In this document: piece by piece, positions 48,536-58,448 of the stretch | Layout of the letters: every line of letters begins with the position of its first letter | How positions within the stretch are numbered: position 1 is the stretch's first letter | Origin: Patescibacteria group bacterium | GTDB lineage: Bacteria > Krumholzibacteriota > Krumholzibacteriia > Krumholzibacteriales > Krumholzibacteriaceae | Assembly (NCBI GenBank): GCA_035529435.1 | Contig: DATKWS010000113.1 | Location: 13,001 to 77,000 of the forward strand | Direction: 5' to 3' | DNA length: 64,000 bases | Translations under genes and position numbers: made by a program | The notes under the pieces: model-generated | Database searches by the model: none | The model's input: the letters and a program-made list of their open reading frames with translations, nothing else | What the model was told of the DNA's origin: nothing

Positions 48536-49099
48536 CTAGATCTTCACGCGGCCGCATTCGGCACCGGCGTTCCGGCGGCCGTGTTGACCACCCCGCGGGG
48601 GCCGCGCACCGTGCGCCGGAGAGGACATCATACATCCTCCGCGTCTCATCGAACCGCGCTCACCGTGCACACGGGAATGCATGAGACCCGTCTCATCGAA
48701 TCCCCGCCCGGCGTGATGCCGCCGGAGAAACTGCTTCCACTGATCGTCGTTCAGCACCTTTCGAACCGCGAGCAGATGGTCGAGCCTGCGCTTTTCGATT
48801 CTCTCACGCACATCGGCGATCTTTTCGACCAAGCGCTCGAGCTCGGCCCGGTCGGGCTCGCCGTCCCGCAATTCCGTGTGCATTGTGAGGCGGAGCTTTC
48901 GCTGTTCCGCCCGGAGATCGATCATCTCGAGGCGGTGCTCTATCCGCGCCTTCTCGAACTGCTCGATCTGGTCCTTGTCCAGGCCGAGGTCCCGCATACC
49001 GCGTTCGCCGCACCGTTCGCCCCCCTGTGCCACAACGGTGCCCGACAGCAGCAGCGTGAGCACCAGAACCGTAAAGATAATTATGCTCTTTCTCATCAC
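48536..49099 (-). CDS. Spy/CpxP/ZraP-family periplasmic stress protein (LTxxQ motifs) with Arg/Gly/His-rich tail
   Basis: Signal peptide, LGLDKDQIEQ and LNDDQWKQF (LTxxQ-like) motifs, then a Gly/Arg/His-rich C-terminal extension. Confidence 0.6.
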   Translation of the reverse strand: MMRKSIIIFTVLVLTLLLSGTVVAQGGERCGERGMRDLGLDKDQIEQFEKARIEHRLEMIDLRAEQRKLRLTMHTELRDGEPDRAELERLVEKIADVRERIEKRRLDHLLAVRKVLNDDQWKQFLRRHHAGRGFDETGLMHSRVHGERGSMRRGGCMMSSPAHGARPPRGGQHGRRNAGAECGRVKI

Positions 49100-49620
49100 A
49101 TGCCTTCTTTTCTTCCGGGATGTCGACCGAATTCCTCCGTCCGGCGATGGAATCCGGTGTGCATCCTCTTCTGTAACAGGTGTAACAATTGCTCTCTCTC
49201 CCCGGGATCGAGGATCTCGTGGACGCGAAGGAGCCGTTTCATGAGCAATTTTTCCAGCTCTCCCTGGATCGCTGAGATCTCATCGATCTTGTCCATGATC
49301 GCGCCTTGATCGGGACGTTCCGCGTTGAGCAACTCGATGAGCGCTCCCCTCGCGACCGCGAGGCGTTCTCTGAGATCCACCGTTTCGTCATGCAAATCAT
49401 CGAAAATCCGCCCGACGCGGACCATTTTTTCCTGGGGCAGACCCATGCGCCGTCCCAGGTGCATGCCCCTCCTGCCGGCAGGCATCCTCTCGTCCTGGTA
49501 CTCGCTCTCCCCGGTGAAACGCCCGCGAAGCGCCAATCCGTACACCAGCGAACCCGCCACGGCGAAGTTGAACGCCAATGAGACGATCAGAATCACCTTC
49601 CACCTATTCCCTCCGTTCAT
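49096..49620 (-). CDS. membrane-anchored periplasmic protein (possible heavy-metal/envelope stress sensor, CpxP-like helical)
   Basis: Start at MNGGNRWKVILIVSLAFNFAVAG (TM anchor), followed by a helical Glu/Arg/Leu-rich domain. Downstream of the ECF/anti-sigma pair. Family assignment is weak. Confidence 0.4.
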   Translation of the reverse strand: MNGGNRWKVILIVSLAFNFAVAGSLVYGLALRGRFTGESEYQDERMPAGRRGMHLGRRMGLPQEKMVRVGRIFDDLHDETVDLRERLAVARGALIELLNAERPDQGAIMDKIDEISAIQGELEKLLMKRLLRVHEILDPGEREQLLHLLQKRMHTGFHRRTEEFGRHPGRKEGM

Positions 49621-50077
49621 CACCGCCTCCTTCCGTGACTTCCATGATAAGATCGCCCATCGATCCGGGTGGGAACTCGTCGAGGTACTCGAGCTCGAGA
49701 ACGGCCAGCCGCTGCTCGGCGCTCGGCCGCTCGTAGAGCTTCGTGAGGAACGTCCCCGCGAAGATGCCGAGAACGAGGACAGCAGCCGCGGCAACCGGTA
49801 CCGCGGCCCTGATGAATCCAGCGAACCGGTTCCGCCGTGCCGGCTCCACGATGCCGTCCATGACATCCTGCGTCAGCAACCGTGGCGGCTCCAGCTCGCC
49901 GATTTCACGATGGAGCGTGAACGTCTCCCGCAAAACCTCCCGGGCCATCCGGCAGCTCTCGCAGCTCTGGAGGTGCCCCTCGAGGGCTTCAAGCAGGGAA
50001 CGATCGATCTCTCCATCGATCTCCCGCGAGAGCAACTTTCGATAATCGCTGCAATCCATCAGTGACTCCTTCTCCAT
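49604..50077 (-). CDS. anti-sigma factor (zf-HC2 domain, single TM)
   Basis: CSDYRKLLSREIDGEID...LEGHLQSCESC zinc-finger anti-sigma motif, then a TM segment AAVPVAAAAVLVLGIFAG. Confidence 0.7.
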   Translation of the reverse strand: MEKESLMDCSDYRKLLSREIDGEIDRSLLEALEGHLQSCESCRMAREVLRETFTLHREIGELEPPRLLTQDVMDGIVEPARRNRFAGFIRAAVPVAAAAVLVLGIFAGTFLTKLYERPSAEQRLAVLELEYLDEFPPGSMGDLIMEVTEGGGDERRE

Positions 50078-50161
50078 CTACTATGAACGCTGTAAATGCC
50101 GGAATCTTGCGCACAACATGTGCAATTTGCATATGTCCATTATTGATAATAAATTATAATG

Positions 50162-50734
50162 CTAATCCTTCCCGGCCCTGAACGCCTTGAGCTCGCGTGC
50201 CAGGCGCTCACGCGCCCTGAATATGATCGATTCGACCGCCGCGACGCTCCGGCCCATGATCCCGGCTATCTCGCGATACGAAAATCCCCTCCCCACCCTG
50301 AGCTCGATGGCGGCCCTCCAGTCGGCAGGCAGGCCGGCGAGCGCACGCATGTAGGCATGCTGCAACTCGCGCCGTTCCGCGTACGCGGCCGGGTCGGCGT
50401 CGGCCGCCCCCGATGGCGGCTGGAATCCGACCTCCACGGCCTGTTCCAGTGAGGACTCGGGTCGCGCCGTGCGCTTGCGGGAAAGGCTGATGGCCAGATT
50501 GGTCGCGATCCGGTACAGGAAAGTGCGGAACGAGGCTGTCGGACGGTACCGGTGCGCGGAACGGTAGACATTGACGAAGAGCTGCTGCGCGAGATCTTCC
50601 GCGTCCTCGCGGTTCCCCGTCGAACGGAGAAAGAAATTATAGATTTCACCCTGGTATTTCTCGACGAGAAGGCGGAATGCGTGCGTATCTCCCTCGGCGA
50701 CCAACCGCATCACGCCTGCATCATCATCGATCAT
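50162..50734 (-). CDS. RNA polymerase sigma-70 factor, ECF subfamily
   Basis: Region 2 (FRLLVEKYQGEIYNFFLR, DLAQQLFVNVYR) and region 4 HTH (FSYREIAGIMGRSVAAVESIIFRAR). Start set at MIDDDAGVM, immediately after the stop of the upstream MBL gene. Confidence 0.8.
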   Translation of the reverse strand: MIDDDAGVMRLVAEGDTHAFRLLVEKYQGEIYNFFLRSTGNREDAEDLAQQLFVNVYRSAHRYRPTASFRTFLYRIATNLAISLSRKRTARPESSLEQAVEVGFQPPSGAADADPAAYAERRELQHAYMRALAGLPADWRAAIELRVGRGFSYREIAGIMGRSVAAVESIIFRARERLARELKAFRAGKD

Positions 50735-51582
50735 GCGTTCCCCATGTCGATCTCCTCGGCCACCTCGAACCTGCCGCCGTCGGCCCTCCTCACGGTGCAT
50801 GCAGGAATGACGGGGTCGTGCTCGAAGAAGAGGATCCATCCCTCGTCCGCGGCGAGCCCGAGAATGCGCCGCTTCTCCTCGAGCGTTTCGAGAGGAAGAT
50901 GGTCGAATGACATGATATAGGGAAGATTCACGTGGGACGCGAGCGGGATCAGATCGCCGCAGTAGAGGAGCCTCTCTCCGTTTGATTCGATCAACACGAC
51001 CTGATGGCCCGGCGTGTGCCCGTTGGTCGGGATGACGGTGACACCGGGTATGATCTCCTCCTCGCCGTCGATCAGCTCGAGCATATCCTCCTCCCCGATC
51101 TTCAGGTAGTTCTCGGGGAAAAAGCTCGCCCGATCCTTCTCGTTCGGATGGAGCGCGGCCTCCCATTGCCGCCGCTGCACGTAGTGGATCGCCCGGGGGA
51201 GGGCGAGCCGTACGGCGCCGTCCGAATCGCGATAGGTGAAACCGCCGGCATGGTCGAAGTGGAGGTGGGTCGCGATCGCGTCGGTCACCGTTTCCGGATC
51301 GATTCCGGCGCCGGTGAGGGCCGGGCCCAGAGCGACGCCGTCGATGACGTAATTGCGTATCATTTTCTCGTTGAGCTTCGTTCCCGCGCCGCTGTCCACC
51401 ACGATCCGGCGGTCACCGCCCTCGATGCAGAGCGCCCGCATCGCCATGGCGATCCGGTTGTTTTCATCGGCGGGATTCGTCGTGCTCCACAGCACCTTGG
51501 GGACAACTCCGAACATCGTCCCCCCGTCGAGGCGAAAGGTGCCCGTCTCGACGGCCGTGAGCGTGAATTCTCCGATCCTCAC
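50731..51582 (-). CDS. MBL-fold metallo-hydrolase
   Basis: HLHFDHAGG His-motif and overall beta-lactamase fold pattern. 283 aa. Confidence 0.75.
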   Translation of the reverse strand: MRIGEFTLTAVETGTFRLDGGTMFGVVPKVLWSTTNPADENNRIAMAMRALCIEGGDRRIVVDSGAGTKLNEKMIRNYVIDGVALGPALTGAGIDPETVTDAIATHLHFDHAGGFTYRDSDGAVRLALPRAIHYVQRRQWEAALHPNEKDRASFFPENYLKIGEEDMLELIDGEEEIIPGVTVIPTNGHTPGHQVVLIESNGERLLYCGDLIPLASHVNLPYIMSFDHLPLETLEEKRRILGLAADEGWILFFEHDPVIPACTVRRADGGRFEVAEEIDMGNA

Positions 51583-51902
51583 CGTTCATCCTCCGTCACC
51601 ACGGCGGTTCCGTACGCGAGAAGCTCCGCCGCGTTATCCATCATCGATGCCGTCGTGAACCGCACCGTGACGATCGCATCGGCCCCCCGCGACTTCGCCT
51701 CGTCGATCATACGATCGATCGCCTGCTCGCGCGATTCGGCCATCATCTTGGTGTATTCGACGATCTCGCCTCCCGCGATATTTCGCAGGGACGCCATGAT
51801 ATCCCGGCCTATATGGCGCGCGCGGATCGAGTTGCCCCGCACGAGGCCCAGAACCTTCACGATGCGCTTTCCGGGGACCGTATCCGACGTAACCAGCAGC
51901 AT
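51579..51902 (-). CDS. YbjQ family (DUF74) protein
   Basis: About 108 aa from MLLVTSDTVPGKRIVKVLGLVRG. Start at the ATG at 51902 with an AAGGGTGG RBS. Typical YbjQ/heavy-metal-binding-like domain. Confidence 0.7.
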   Translation of the reverse strand: MLLVTSDTVPGKRIVKVLGLVRGNSIRARHIGRDIMASLRNIAGGEIVEYTKMMAESREQAIDRMIDEAKSRGADAIVTVRFTTASMMDNAAELLAYGTAVVTEDER

Positions 51903-51928
51903 TGCTACCACCCTTTCGAATAATACGG

Positions 51929-52363
51929 CTAACGCTTCACGTCCCGGTATGGGTCGCTCCGGTACTGGTGGATCCGTTCCCGTACCACCGAGACGAGAAG
52001 GAGAACGACGCCGACAATGAATACGATCAAGGCGATCTTCTGGAACGTGACACGGCCGAAGGAGCTGAACGCGCGGTACAGCTCGTATCCGACCAGCATG
52101 CCGATCCCGGCGATCATGAATATCCATGCGGTTTTTCGTTCGAGCCGGCGATAGATGCTCTTCCAGTACAGAGCCCAGAATTCATCCTGTGGGTCTTTGA
52201 TCATGATACTCTCCGTGAGCCTGTTCACTTCGCCAAGTTCCCCGAGGGTGCGCCGGCAGTCGCCGCACTCATCGAGATGTCTCTCGAACGCCGCCCGTTC
52301 CCCGCCGGTCATCTCCCCGTCTATGTAACGCATCCCGTCATGTTCCATGCGCGGACAGGTCAT
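51929..52363 (-). CDS. anti-sigma factor (zf-HC2, single TM)
   Basis: MTCPRMEHDGMRYIDGEMTGGERAAFERHLDECGDCRR matches the zf-HC2 pattern. A TM helix follows. Its start ATG overlaps the TGA of the upstream sigma gene (ATGA), consistent with translational coupling. Confidence 0.7.
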   Translation of the reverse strand: MTCPRMEHDGMRYIDGEMTGGERAAFERHLDECGDCRRTLGELGEVNRLTESIMIKDPQDEFWALYWKSIYRRLERKTAWIFMIAGIGMLVGYELYRAFSSFGRVTFQKIALIVFIVGVVLLLVSVVRERIHQYRSDPYRDVKR

Positions 52364-52953
52364 TCCGCACCATCCCCTTCCACATGCGCCTGGTCGCCGA
52401 TCCCCCGCAATGCCTTCGCCAGTGCCTTTCGCGCATAGTAAAGACGCGACATCACGGTGCCTTCTGAAATTCCGAGCGCCTCGGCGATCTCCCGGTACGA
52501 GAACTCCTGGAAGGTACGCAGCACGATCACCTCGCGGTGATCCGGGGAGAGGGCGAAGAGGGCGCGCCACACGGCCTCGATGCGCTCCTTGCGGATCATA
52601 TCGCGATCGGGCCGGTCCCTGCCGTCGGCCCTCTCGGAAAGCACATCCATCGAGATCTCGCGGCGCCGTGCCCGCATCTGTATGAAATTCAGGCACCTGT
52701 TCCGCAGAATGCGGTAGAACCAGGGGAAAAACGGGCGCTGGTCGTCGAACCGCCTGCGGGCCCGGTGGGCCGCGATGAACGCCTCCTGCGATACGTCCCT
52801 CGCATCCTCTGCATTTCCGAGCAGGCCCAGGGAGATCGCGTACGCGCGCTTCATGGTAGCGCGTACAATCACCTCGAACGCCTTGACGCTGCCGCGTTTC
52901 CACTCCCGCAGTGTCTCCCGCGGGATATCATTCGCCTTCGCGAATCTCTTCAT
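52360..52953 (-). CDS. RNA polymerase sigma-70 factor, ECF subfamily (second copy)
   Basis: Sigma70_r2 (DVSQEAFIAAHRARRRF, FFPWFYRILRNR) and sigma70_r4 (FSYREIAEALGISEGTVMSRLYYARK) regions. Confidence 0.8.
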   Translation of the reverse strand: MKRFAKANDIPRETLREWKRGSVKAFEVIVRATMKRAYAISLGLLGNAEDARDVSQEAFIAAHRARRRFDDQRPFFPWFYRILRNRCLNFIQMRARRREISMDVLSERADGRDRPDRDMIRKERIEAVWRALFALSPDHREVIVLRTFQEFSYREIAEALGISEGTVMSRLYYARKALAKALRGIGDQAHVEGDGAE

Positions 52954-53141
52954 AGATAACTACAGTTCCACGCCGTTTACTATTCAATATAAAAAGCACC
53001 CCGTGAGGGCGCATTCACTATTCATCGACATACACGGCTTCGGGCATATGTATCCCACCGGGAGCCGCACCGGAGATCCGCCGGCCCGGTCCTCCCATCC
53101 GCGCGCCTGCGCGTCACCGTCCGCCCGGACCGCACGGACTG

Positions 53142-53519
53142 CTACTTCTTCTTTTTCTCTTTTCCCTCCGCCGTGCCCTCTTCTCTCTCCTCTTTTCCGA
53201 AGGCCTGCCGTTTGGATATCTCCCCGATGATCGGCAGTTCGTACATCCGCTCCATCAGTGCCTGGTACATAGCGAAAATCCAGATCGCCAGTATGACGAG
53301 ATACAACAACAAGTTGATGATCGGTATCCAGCTGAAGATGGCCGCGAGAATGACGAAGACGATCCACAGGAGGATGGACTGCACGGCATGGAAGCGGATC
53401 AGACGATTCTCCTTTTCGATGATGAGGAAGAACACCCCGCCGAAGAAGGGTATGAAATACGCCAGAAGGCCGGCGATACCCGGCGGAATGGACGATGTTT
53501 GCTTGTTCCTGTCAGTCAT
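53142..53519 (-). CDS. DUF4870 family small membrane protein
   Basis: GLLAYFIPFFGGVFFLIIEKENRLIRFHAVQSILL pattern typical of DUF4870. Lys/Glu-rich tail. Confidence 0.6.
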   Translation of the reverse strand: MTDRNKQTSSIPPGIAGLLAYFIPFFGGVFFLIIEKENRLIRFHAVQSILLWIVFVILAAIFSWIPIINLLLYLVILAIWIFAMYQALMERMYELPIIGEISKRQAFGKEEREEGTAEGKEKKKK

Positions 53520-53614
53520 CTCTATCCCTCCCTTGCTCCAATCACGGAATTATAGACGAATGCATGCAGAATGGAAATGAAAAATCCCACCGTTCCCGGT
53601 CCGTTGTGCGCCGG

Positions 53615-54409
53615 CTAGCGGGGCACAATCGATATGCCGCCGTTCACCGTCTTGAGGTAGATGGTGCCGGTCCCGTCGCCGATCACTCCCTTGATCGAAG
53701 AACGCTTGATGCGTACCGTTTCACGAAGGTCGAGGTCCAGGCCGATCCTGCCGTTGGCGGTTCTCGCATCCAACGTTCCGCCCGCACCCTCGGGTAGTGC
53801 GAGTTCGATGCCGCCGTTGACCGTCTTGAGCTCGAGATCGCCGCCGGCGGGAAACGCGTCGATGAAACACTCGATCGCCCCGTTGACCGTGCTCGCCTCC
53901 CCCTCCCCGCTGAACGATGTGATCGTGATCGATCCATTCACCGTGCGAAAATCGAATCTTCCCTCGACAGCATCGACACTGATACCGCCGTTCGTGTTCT
54001 TGATATCGAGGATCGTGCGCGGCGGCACCTTGACCGTATAGCCGATCGTAATCGTCGTTTTGTCGCCGAATATGGAACCGAGCAGGCCGACCTGACGTAT
54101 ACGCGGACGCTCCGTGTCTATCCTTACCCGGTCCGATCCGGCTTCCACCTCGAATGTCAGCTTCTCGAGCAGCTCTCTCGCCTTCGATTTGCTCGGCGCC
54201 TTGATCTTGATCTCGGCTGACACATCGATCTCGTTTCTCTCCCAACCTTCTATCTCTATTCCGCCGTTTACGTTACGGAGAATAAACTCGACCCCTTCCA
54301 CCACATCGAACGACCGGTGCCACGTATCCTTCAGTACGTAGGCCGAGAGCGCGGCGGGTGAGGACAGGAACAGAAGAACAAGTACCAACAGTATCGTACG
54401 TTTTATCAT
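53615..54409 (-). CDS. DUF4097 (putative adhesin) beta-strand repeat protein
   Basis: Signal peptide plus repeated NGGI / TVNGSI / TVNGAIE / TVNGGIE / TANGRI / TVNGGISI units characteristic of DUF4097. Confidence 0.65.
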   Translation of the reverse strand: MIKRTILLVLVLLFLSSPAALSAYVLKDTWHRSFDVVEGVEFILRNVNGGIEIEGWERNEIDVSAEIKIKAPSKSKARELLEKLTFEVEAGSDRVRIDTERPRIRQVGLLGSIFGDKTTITIGYTVKVPPRTILDIKNTNGGISVDAVEGRFDFRTVNGSITITSFSGEGEASTVNGAIECFIDAFPAGGDLELKTVNGGIELALPEGAGGTLDARTANGRIGLDLDLRETVRIKRSSIKGVIGDGTGTIYLKTVNGGISIVPR

Positions 54410-54522
54410 CGATGGTGCCCCTCCAGGCTACCGAGCAGGTAATGTGGTTCCCGTACCGTGTATACGTGCGCCCGCAGAAATTGGTTTCCGGGGTTTGCGT
54501 ATCCCGTGCATCACCCACCTCC

Positions 54523-55650
54523 TCATTCCTTCCGATTGTTCCGTACGGCGAACTTCTTGTCGAGGCGGCCGAGACGCTTCCTGATTCCTTCACCGTATTC
54601 CAACTCCCGGTACTCGAGCATCGCGGCGCCGGAGAAGCCCTGATCCCTGATGTCGAGCGCCTTGCGAGACACCTTGTCCCGGATATAGTCCCAGAACGGA
54701 TGATCGAACGCATCGGCCGCCTCCGTGAGCTTGCCGTTCTGGACGCAGAACGCGGCGCAGCTCACAACAGGCGGGCCGTCGAAGTACGAGATGGTCGAGT
54801 TCTGTTTCACGGGCATCAGCGGACCGGTGTGGCTTCCCCGCATGAACCCGGCGACGAAGTGTCCCTTGACGTACGGACCGAGCACTTCACCGGCTGCGGG
54901 GAAATCCCCCTGCACCCGCACCAGCATGACCGGATCGTCCTTGCCCGTGTATTTGCCGGCGATGTTATGGAGGCGCGTGGTACTGACGGCGGCGGCGATC
55001 TCCCCGCCCGAGCGCGACCGGATTTTCTCCACGACGAAGCGCTGGTTGTCCCTGAGAAGCGCCGCCATATCGTATATATCCTCGGGGGCGTTGAGCACGA
55101 TGACCCGGTCTCCCTCGATGTGTTCCACATCCATGATATGGAATTCGAATCCCTTCGCCATCTTGTCGCTGAGAATCAGACCGCTGCAGAACATAGGATC
55201 GCAGAACGCGAGGTAGAGCGGTAGGCTGTACGCGCCCGGATCGGTCTTGTCCGCCGCGAAGAAGAGAAACGGCTCGTTGGGCCGCTCCTCGAACTCCATC
55301 TCGGCCACCGCCGGCCCCATCCCCTTTACATTCCCGCTGAACGCGGTCTTGAGGAGATCCTGCCCGGCTCCATAAAGTCCGATCTCCTTGGCAAGCTCGG
55401 TCCCCACCATGAAGGCGTCGAAGGCGAGCTTGTGAACCGCACTGTCGCCTTCGCCCCGATCATGGCTCATCAGTATCGCGATGTCATCGCCCGTCGAACT
55501 CAGGAAAAAATCATGAATGAGATTCGATCCCTTGTCCTCGATATACTCGCGAACCCTGTTCTTGAGACGCTCACCGGGCTTTATGTGTCCTCCGATCGAA
55601 CCGATATCCGCCTTGATCACGCTCAACGTCACCTTCATCTGAGTCGTCAC
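54523..55650 (-). CDS. fbp: bifunctional fructose-1,6-bisphosphate aldolase/phosphatase (class V FBPase)
   Basis: N-terminal KVTLSVIKADIGSIGGH hallmark. About 375-aa length. Conserved blocks through the C-terminus (GSHTGPLMPV). Confidence 0.85.
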   Translation of the reverse strand: MTTQMKVTLSVIKADIGSIGGHIKPGERLKNRVREYIEDKGSNLIHDFFLSSTGDDIAILMSHDRGEGDSAVHKLAFDAFMVGTELAKEIGLYGAGQDLLKTAFSGNVKGMGPAVAEMEFEERPNEPFLFFAADKTDPGAYSLPLYLAFCDPMFCSGLILSDKMAKGFEFHIMDVEHIEGDRVIVLNAPEDIYDMAALLRDNQRFVVEKIRSRSGGEIAAAVSTTRLHNIAGKYTGKDDPVMLVRVQGDFPAAGEVLGPYVKGHFVAGFMRGSHTGPLMPVKQNSTISYFDGPPVVSCAAFCVQNGKLTEAADAFDHPFWDYIRDKVSRKALDIRDQGFSGAAMLEYRELEYGEGIRKRLGRLDKKFAVRNNRKE

Positions 55651-55680
55651 CTTCCTTTCGTCCGAAATCCTTCTTCTCTG

Positions 55681-56454
55681 CTACACATCGATCTTCATAC
55701 CATCCTCGGCGACCACGACCGATCCGGGATAGTCTCTCCGCACCGCCTCCGCAGGATCATGTCTACCGAACACGGGATAGAGATGTACGAGCACGACCCG
55801 TCCAGCGCCGGATCGGGCCGCGAGCGTTCCGACCGCCGACGGAGTCATGTGTCCCGCCATCGGCCGGTCGTCCGGAACGGAGCATTCGGCAATCAGAAGC
55901 TCGACGTCCCGCGCGAGTTCCACCAGCGATTCCGTGTAGGCCGTATCGCCTGTATAGACGATGCTTGCTCCCCCGGCGTCGAGCCGGTACGCCAGTGCGG
56001 GGCGGCCGTCATGGTCCACCCCGGTGGCACGCACATCAACGCCTTCAGCGCTGTACACGCAACCGCCGCCCACCTCGACCAGCGTGGGATGAGCGGTCCC
56101 CGGCTCGGTCGCCGGGTACAGCGCATGCCAGCGATCGATGAAATCGACGATGCCGGTGGGGCCGTACAGCGTCAGTCCCCCCTGCCCGCCGGCGGCATCG
56201 TCTATCCTGAGTGCGGCCAGCAAATGCCCGATGCCGAGCGTATGATCGGGATGATAATGCGTGATGAACACCCGCTTCAGATCACGGAAACTCAGTCCGG
56301 ACTCTTCGAGCGCATCGGGTGTGCCGGGGCCGCAGTCGAACAGGTACCGATCATTTCCGCAACTCATCGTGAGCGAGGTCGCCCTGCGCCCCCGCGTGGG
56401 AATAATCGTCCCCGAGCCCAGAATCGTAACCTGTACAGATATCGGACCCATCAC
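55681..56454 (-). CDS. MBL-fold metallo-hydrolase (RNase Z-like)
   Basis: HYHPDHTLG motif and tRNase Z-like layout. 257 aa. Confidence 0.7.
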   Translation of the reverse strand: MMGPISVQVTILGSGTIIPTRGRRATSLTMSCGNDRYLFDCGPGTPDALEESGLSFRDLKRVFITHYHPDHTLGIGHLLAALRIDDAAGGQGGLTLYGPTGIVDFIDRWHALYPATEPGTAHPTLVEVGGGCVYSAEGVDVRATGVDHDGRPALAYRLDAGGASIVYTGDTAYTESLVELARDVELLIAECSVPDDRPMAGHMTPSAVGTLAARSGAGRVVLVHLYPVFGRHDPAEAVRRDYPGSVVVAEDGMKIDV

Positions 56455-57296
56455 TTGAAACCGTGGTCTTCGGCGGTGATAAATATTTCGAGAGATTTCT
56501 TCTCGGTGAGCCCGAGATGTTCGAAGGCATTTCCCCTGTTCACGGCGATTTCGAGATACCCCCAGCTGTTGACGAGCGCCATGAGCCTTCCTTCTTCACC
56601 CTGCTTGTAGTAGTTCATGACGCCCTTTATCCGCTTGCCCGCCACACGTATCGAAAATTCGTCCCACGGAATCTTCTCGGGAAATACCGTTGAGAGATAC
56701 TCCCCGCTGATGTTGGTTATAATGTTTCCGAAGGCATCGACATACACGGCCCTTCCCGATATTTCCCCTTCTTCATTGATAAACGGCTTTATCGGGGGAA
56801 CGATCAACACCGACTGCAGCTCGGCTCCCATCCTCTCGGGCGGTACGCCGAGTGTGAGGTGCGCGGCGATCGGGGCGAAGATATCGCGTCCGTAGAATGT
56901 CGAACCGTGGAGTTTCAGCGTGTATTCGCCCGGCTCGACGTGGTAGACCTTCTGCACGTTCCCTTTTTCGAATATCGAACTGAGGATGCCGTTGTCAGGC
57001 GCGACGAAAAAGTACCGCTCGGTCTTGACGACCAGATTCTTCCGCTTGCCCCCGACGCCCGGATCGACCACGCAGAGGAATACCGTTCCCTTCGGGAAGT
57101 ACTGATAGCTGTTGACGAGAATGAAACTTCCCTCACGAACGTCCTTGCTCGACACGTTGTGGCAGAGATCCACGATGCGGGCCTGGGGGTTGATACCGAG
57201 AATCACCCCCTTCATGACACCGAGGTACCAGTTGTGCCAGCTGAAGTCGGTCATGAGCGTGATGATCTGATTTTCAATGACCTTTTTTGTCACCAT
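56451..57296 (-). CDS. SAM hydrolase / SAM-dependent halogenase family (DUF62) protein
   Basis: N-terminal ITLMTDFSWHNWYLGVMKGVILGINP and C-terminal blocks typical of the S-adenosyl-L-methionine hydroxide adenosyltransferase family. Confidence 0.75.
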   Translation of the reverse strand: MVTKKVIENQIITLMTDFSWHNWYLGVMKGVILGINPQARIVDLCHNVSSKDVREGSFILVNSYQYFPKGTVFLCVVDPGVGGKRKNLVVKTERYFFVAPDNGILSSIFEKGNVQKVYHVEPGEYTLKLHGSTFYGRDIFAPIAAHLTLGVPPERMGAELQSVLIVPPIKPFINEEGEISGRAVYVDAFGNIITNISGEYLSTVFPEKIPWDEFSIRVAGKRIKGVMNYYKQGEEGRLMALVNSWGYLEIAVNRGNAFEHLGLTEKKSLEIFITAEDHGFK

Positions 57297-57473
57297 CTCT
57301 TCCCGCCGCCTTCACTCGACGCATCGCACCGTTACCGTCACACATACCATGGATTACGGAAATAGATTACCGAAGACCGGCTCGCCCTGTCAATCAAAAC
57401 GAAATCGGTTCGTGCGCGTCGCGGCGGGCCGCCCGGCGAGATCTCACGGACGATCCGCCGATGCACGCCCCCG

Positions 57474-58313
57474 TCAGGCGCGGTCACCGCAGGAGCGGGG
57501 GTGGGCCAGAAAACGCCTCGCACGCTGTGAGAGCGATCCGTACGCCCTGATGACCCGCCTGAGCGAGGGTATCGCCGCGATCGTCGCCCGGTACCCCTCT
57601 TCGATTATCTCGGGAGCCCTGTTGAGCGCGAACGGGCTGAACCGCTCGACGTCCGGCCGGATGACAAAATCCGCCAAACGCTCCGATGCCGCCGCGTTCC
57701 GCTGCGCGACGAATCCCGTCACCTGCATCACGACCTCGAGCATGTGGTGCGGTTCCCGGCGGACACCGCCCGTCATGCCGAGATTCACCGCTATCTTGAA
57801 CATCTCGCCGAAGCAGGCGAGAGTCCCGACCGGAAGATACTCGACGAGTCCGCCGTCGACCAGCCAGTGTCCGTCTATCTCCACGGGGCAGTAGATTTCG
57901 GGAATGCTGCTGCTCGCCTGGCACGCCACGGCGACACGCCCCTGCCGGAATACCGCTTTTTCCCCCGATGTGAGATCTGCAGCCACCACAGCCGTCGGAA
58001 TAAGGAGCTCCCCGAAATCGACGTCGCCGATCTCGCCGATGATGAACTCGCGTATCTTTTGACCGGAGAGGAATCCCATCCGGGTCAGGGTCAAGCCCGC
58101 CAGCCGCCGCCATTTCATCCCCTTGGCGGTTTCGATCAGGTCGTCACCGGACCTTCCCGCCGCACGGAGGACGGCTACGATCGAACCGCCGCTCGTACCG
58201 CTCAAAAAATCGATCGGGATACCGTGCTCCTCCAGGGCCTTGATCACGCCCGCATGGGCGACGCTCTTTGCCGTGCCGCCGCTCAGGGCCAATCCCACGG
58301 GTATCACACGCAT
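57474..58313 (-). CDS. patatin-like phospholipase
   Basis: Oxyanion GLALSGGTAKS (GxGxxG), nucleophile elbow GTSGG (GxSxG) and a catalytic DGG motif. Start at MRVIPVG with a GGAGGG RBS. Confidence 0.75.
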   Translation of the reverse strand: MRVIPVGLALSGGTAKSVAHAGVIKALEEHGIPIDFLSGTSGGSIVAVLRAAGRSGDDLIETAKGMKWRRLAGLTLTRMGFLSGQKIREFIIGEIGDVDFGELLIPTAVVAADLTSGEKAVFRQGRVAVACQASSSIPEIYCPVEIDGHWLVDGGLVEYLPVGTLACFGEMFKIAVNLGMTGGVRREPHHMLEVVMQVTGFVAQRNAAASERLADFVIRPDVERFSPFALNRAPEIIEEGYRATIAAIPSLRRVIRAYGSLSQRARRFLAHPRSCGDRA

Positions 58314-58448
58314 ACGCACCCTCCGGATGAACACATACACCCGCCCGACGATTCGGCGGATGATCATTGTCTCACAGGCGGGCGCACCGGTGCAAGATCT
58401 GAAGGGAATTACCGGATCGGTCACCGGGCTTCCCGGTGCGGATCCGCG

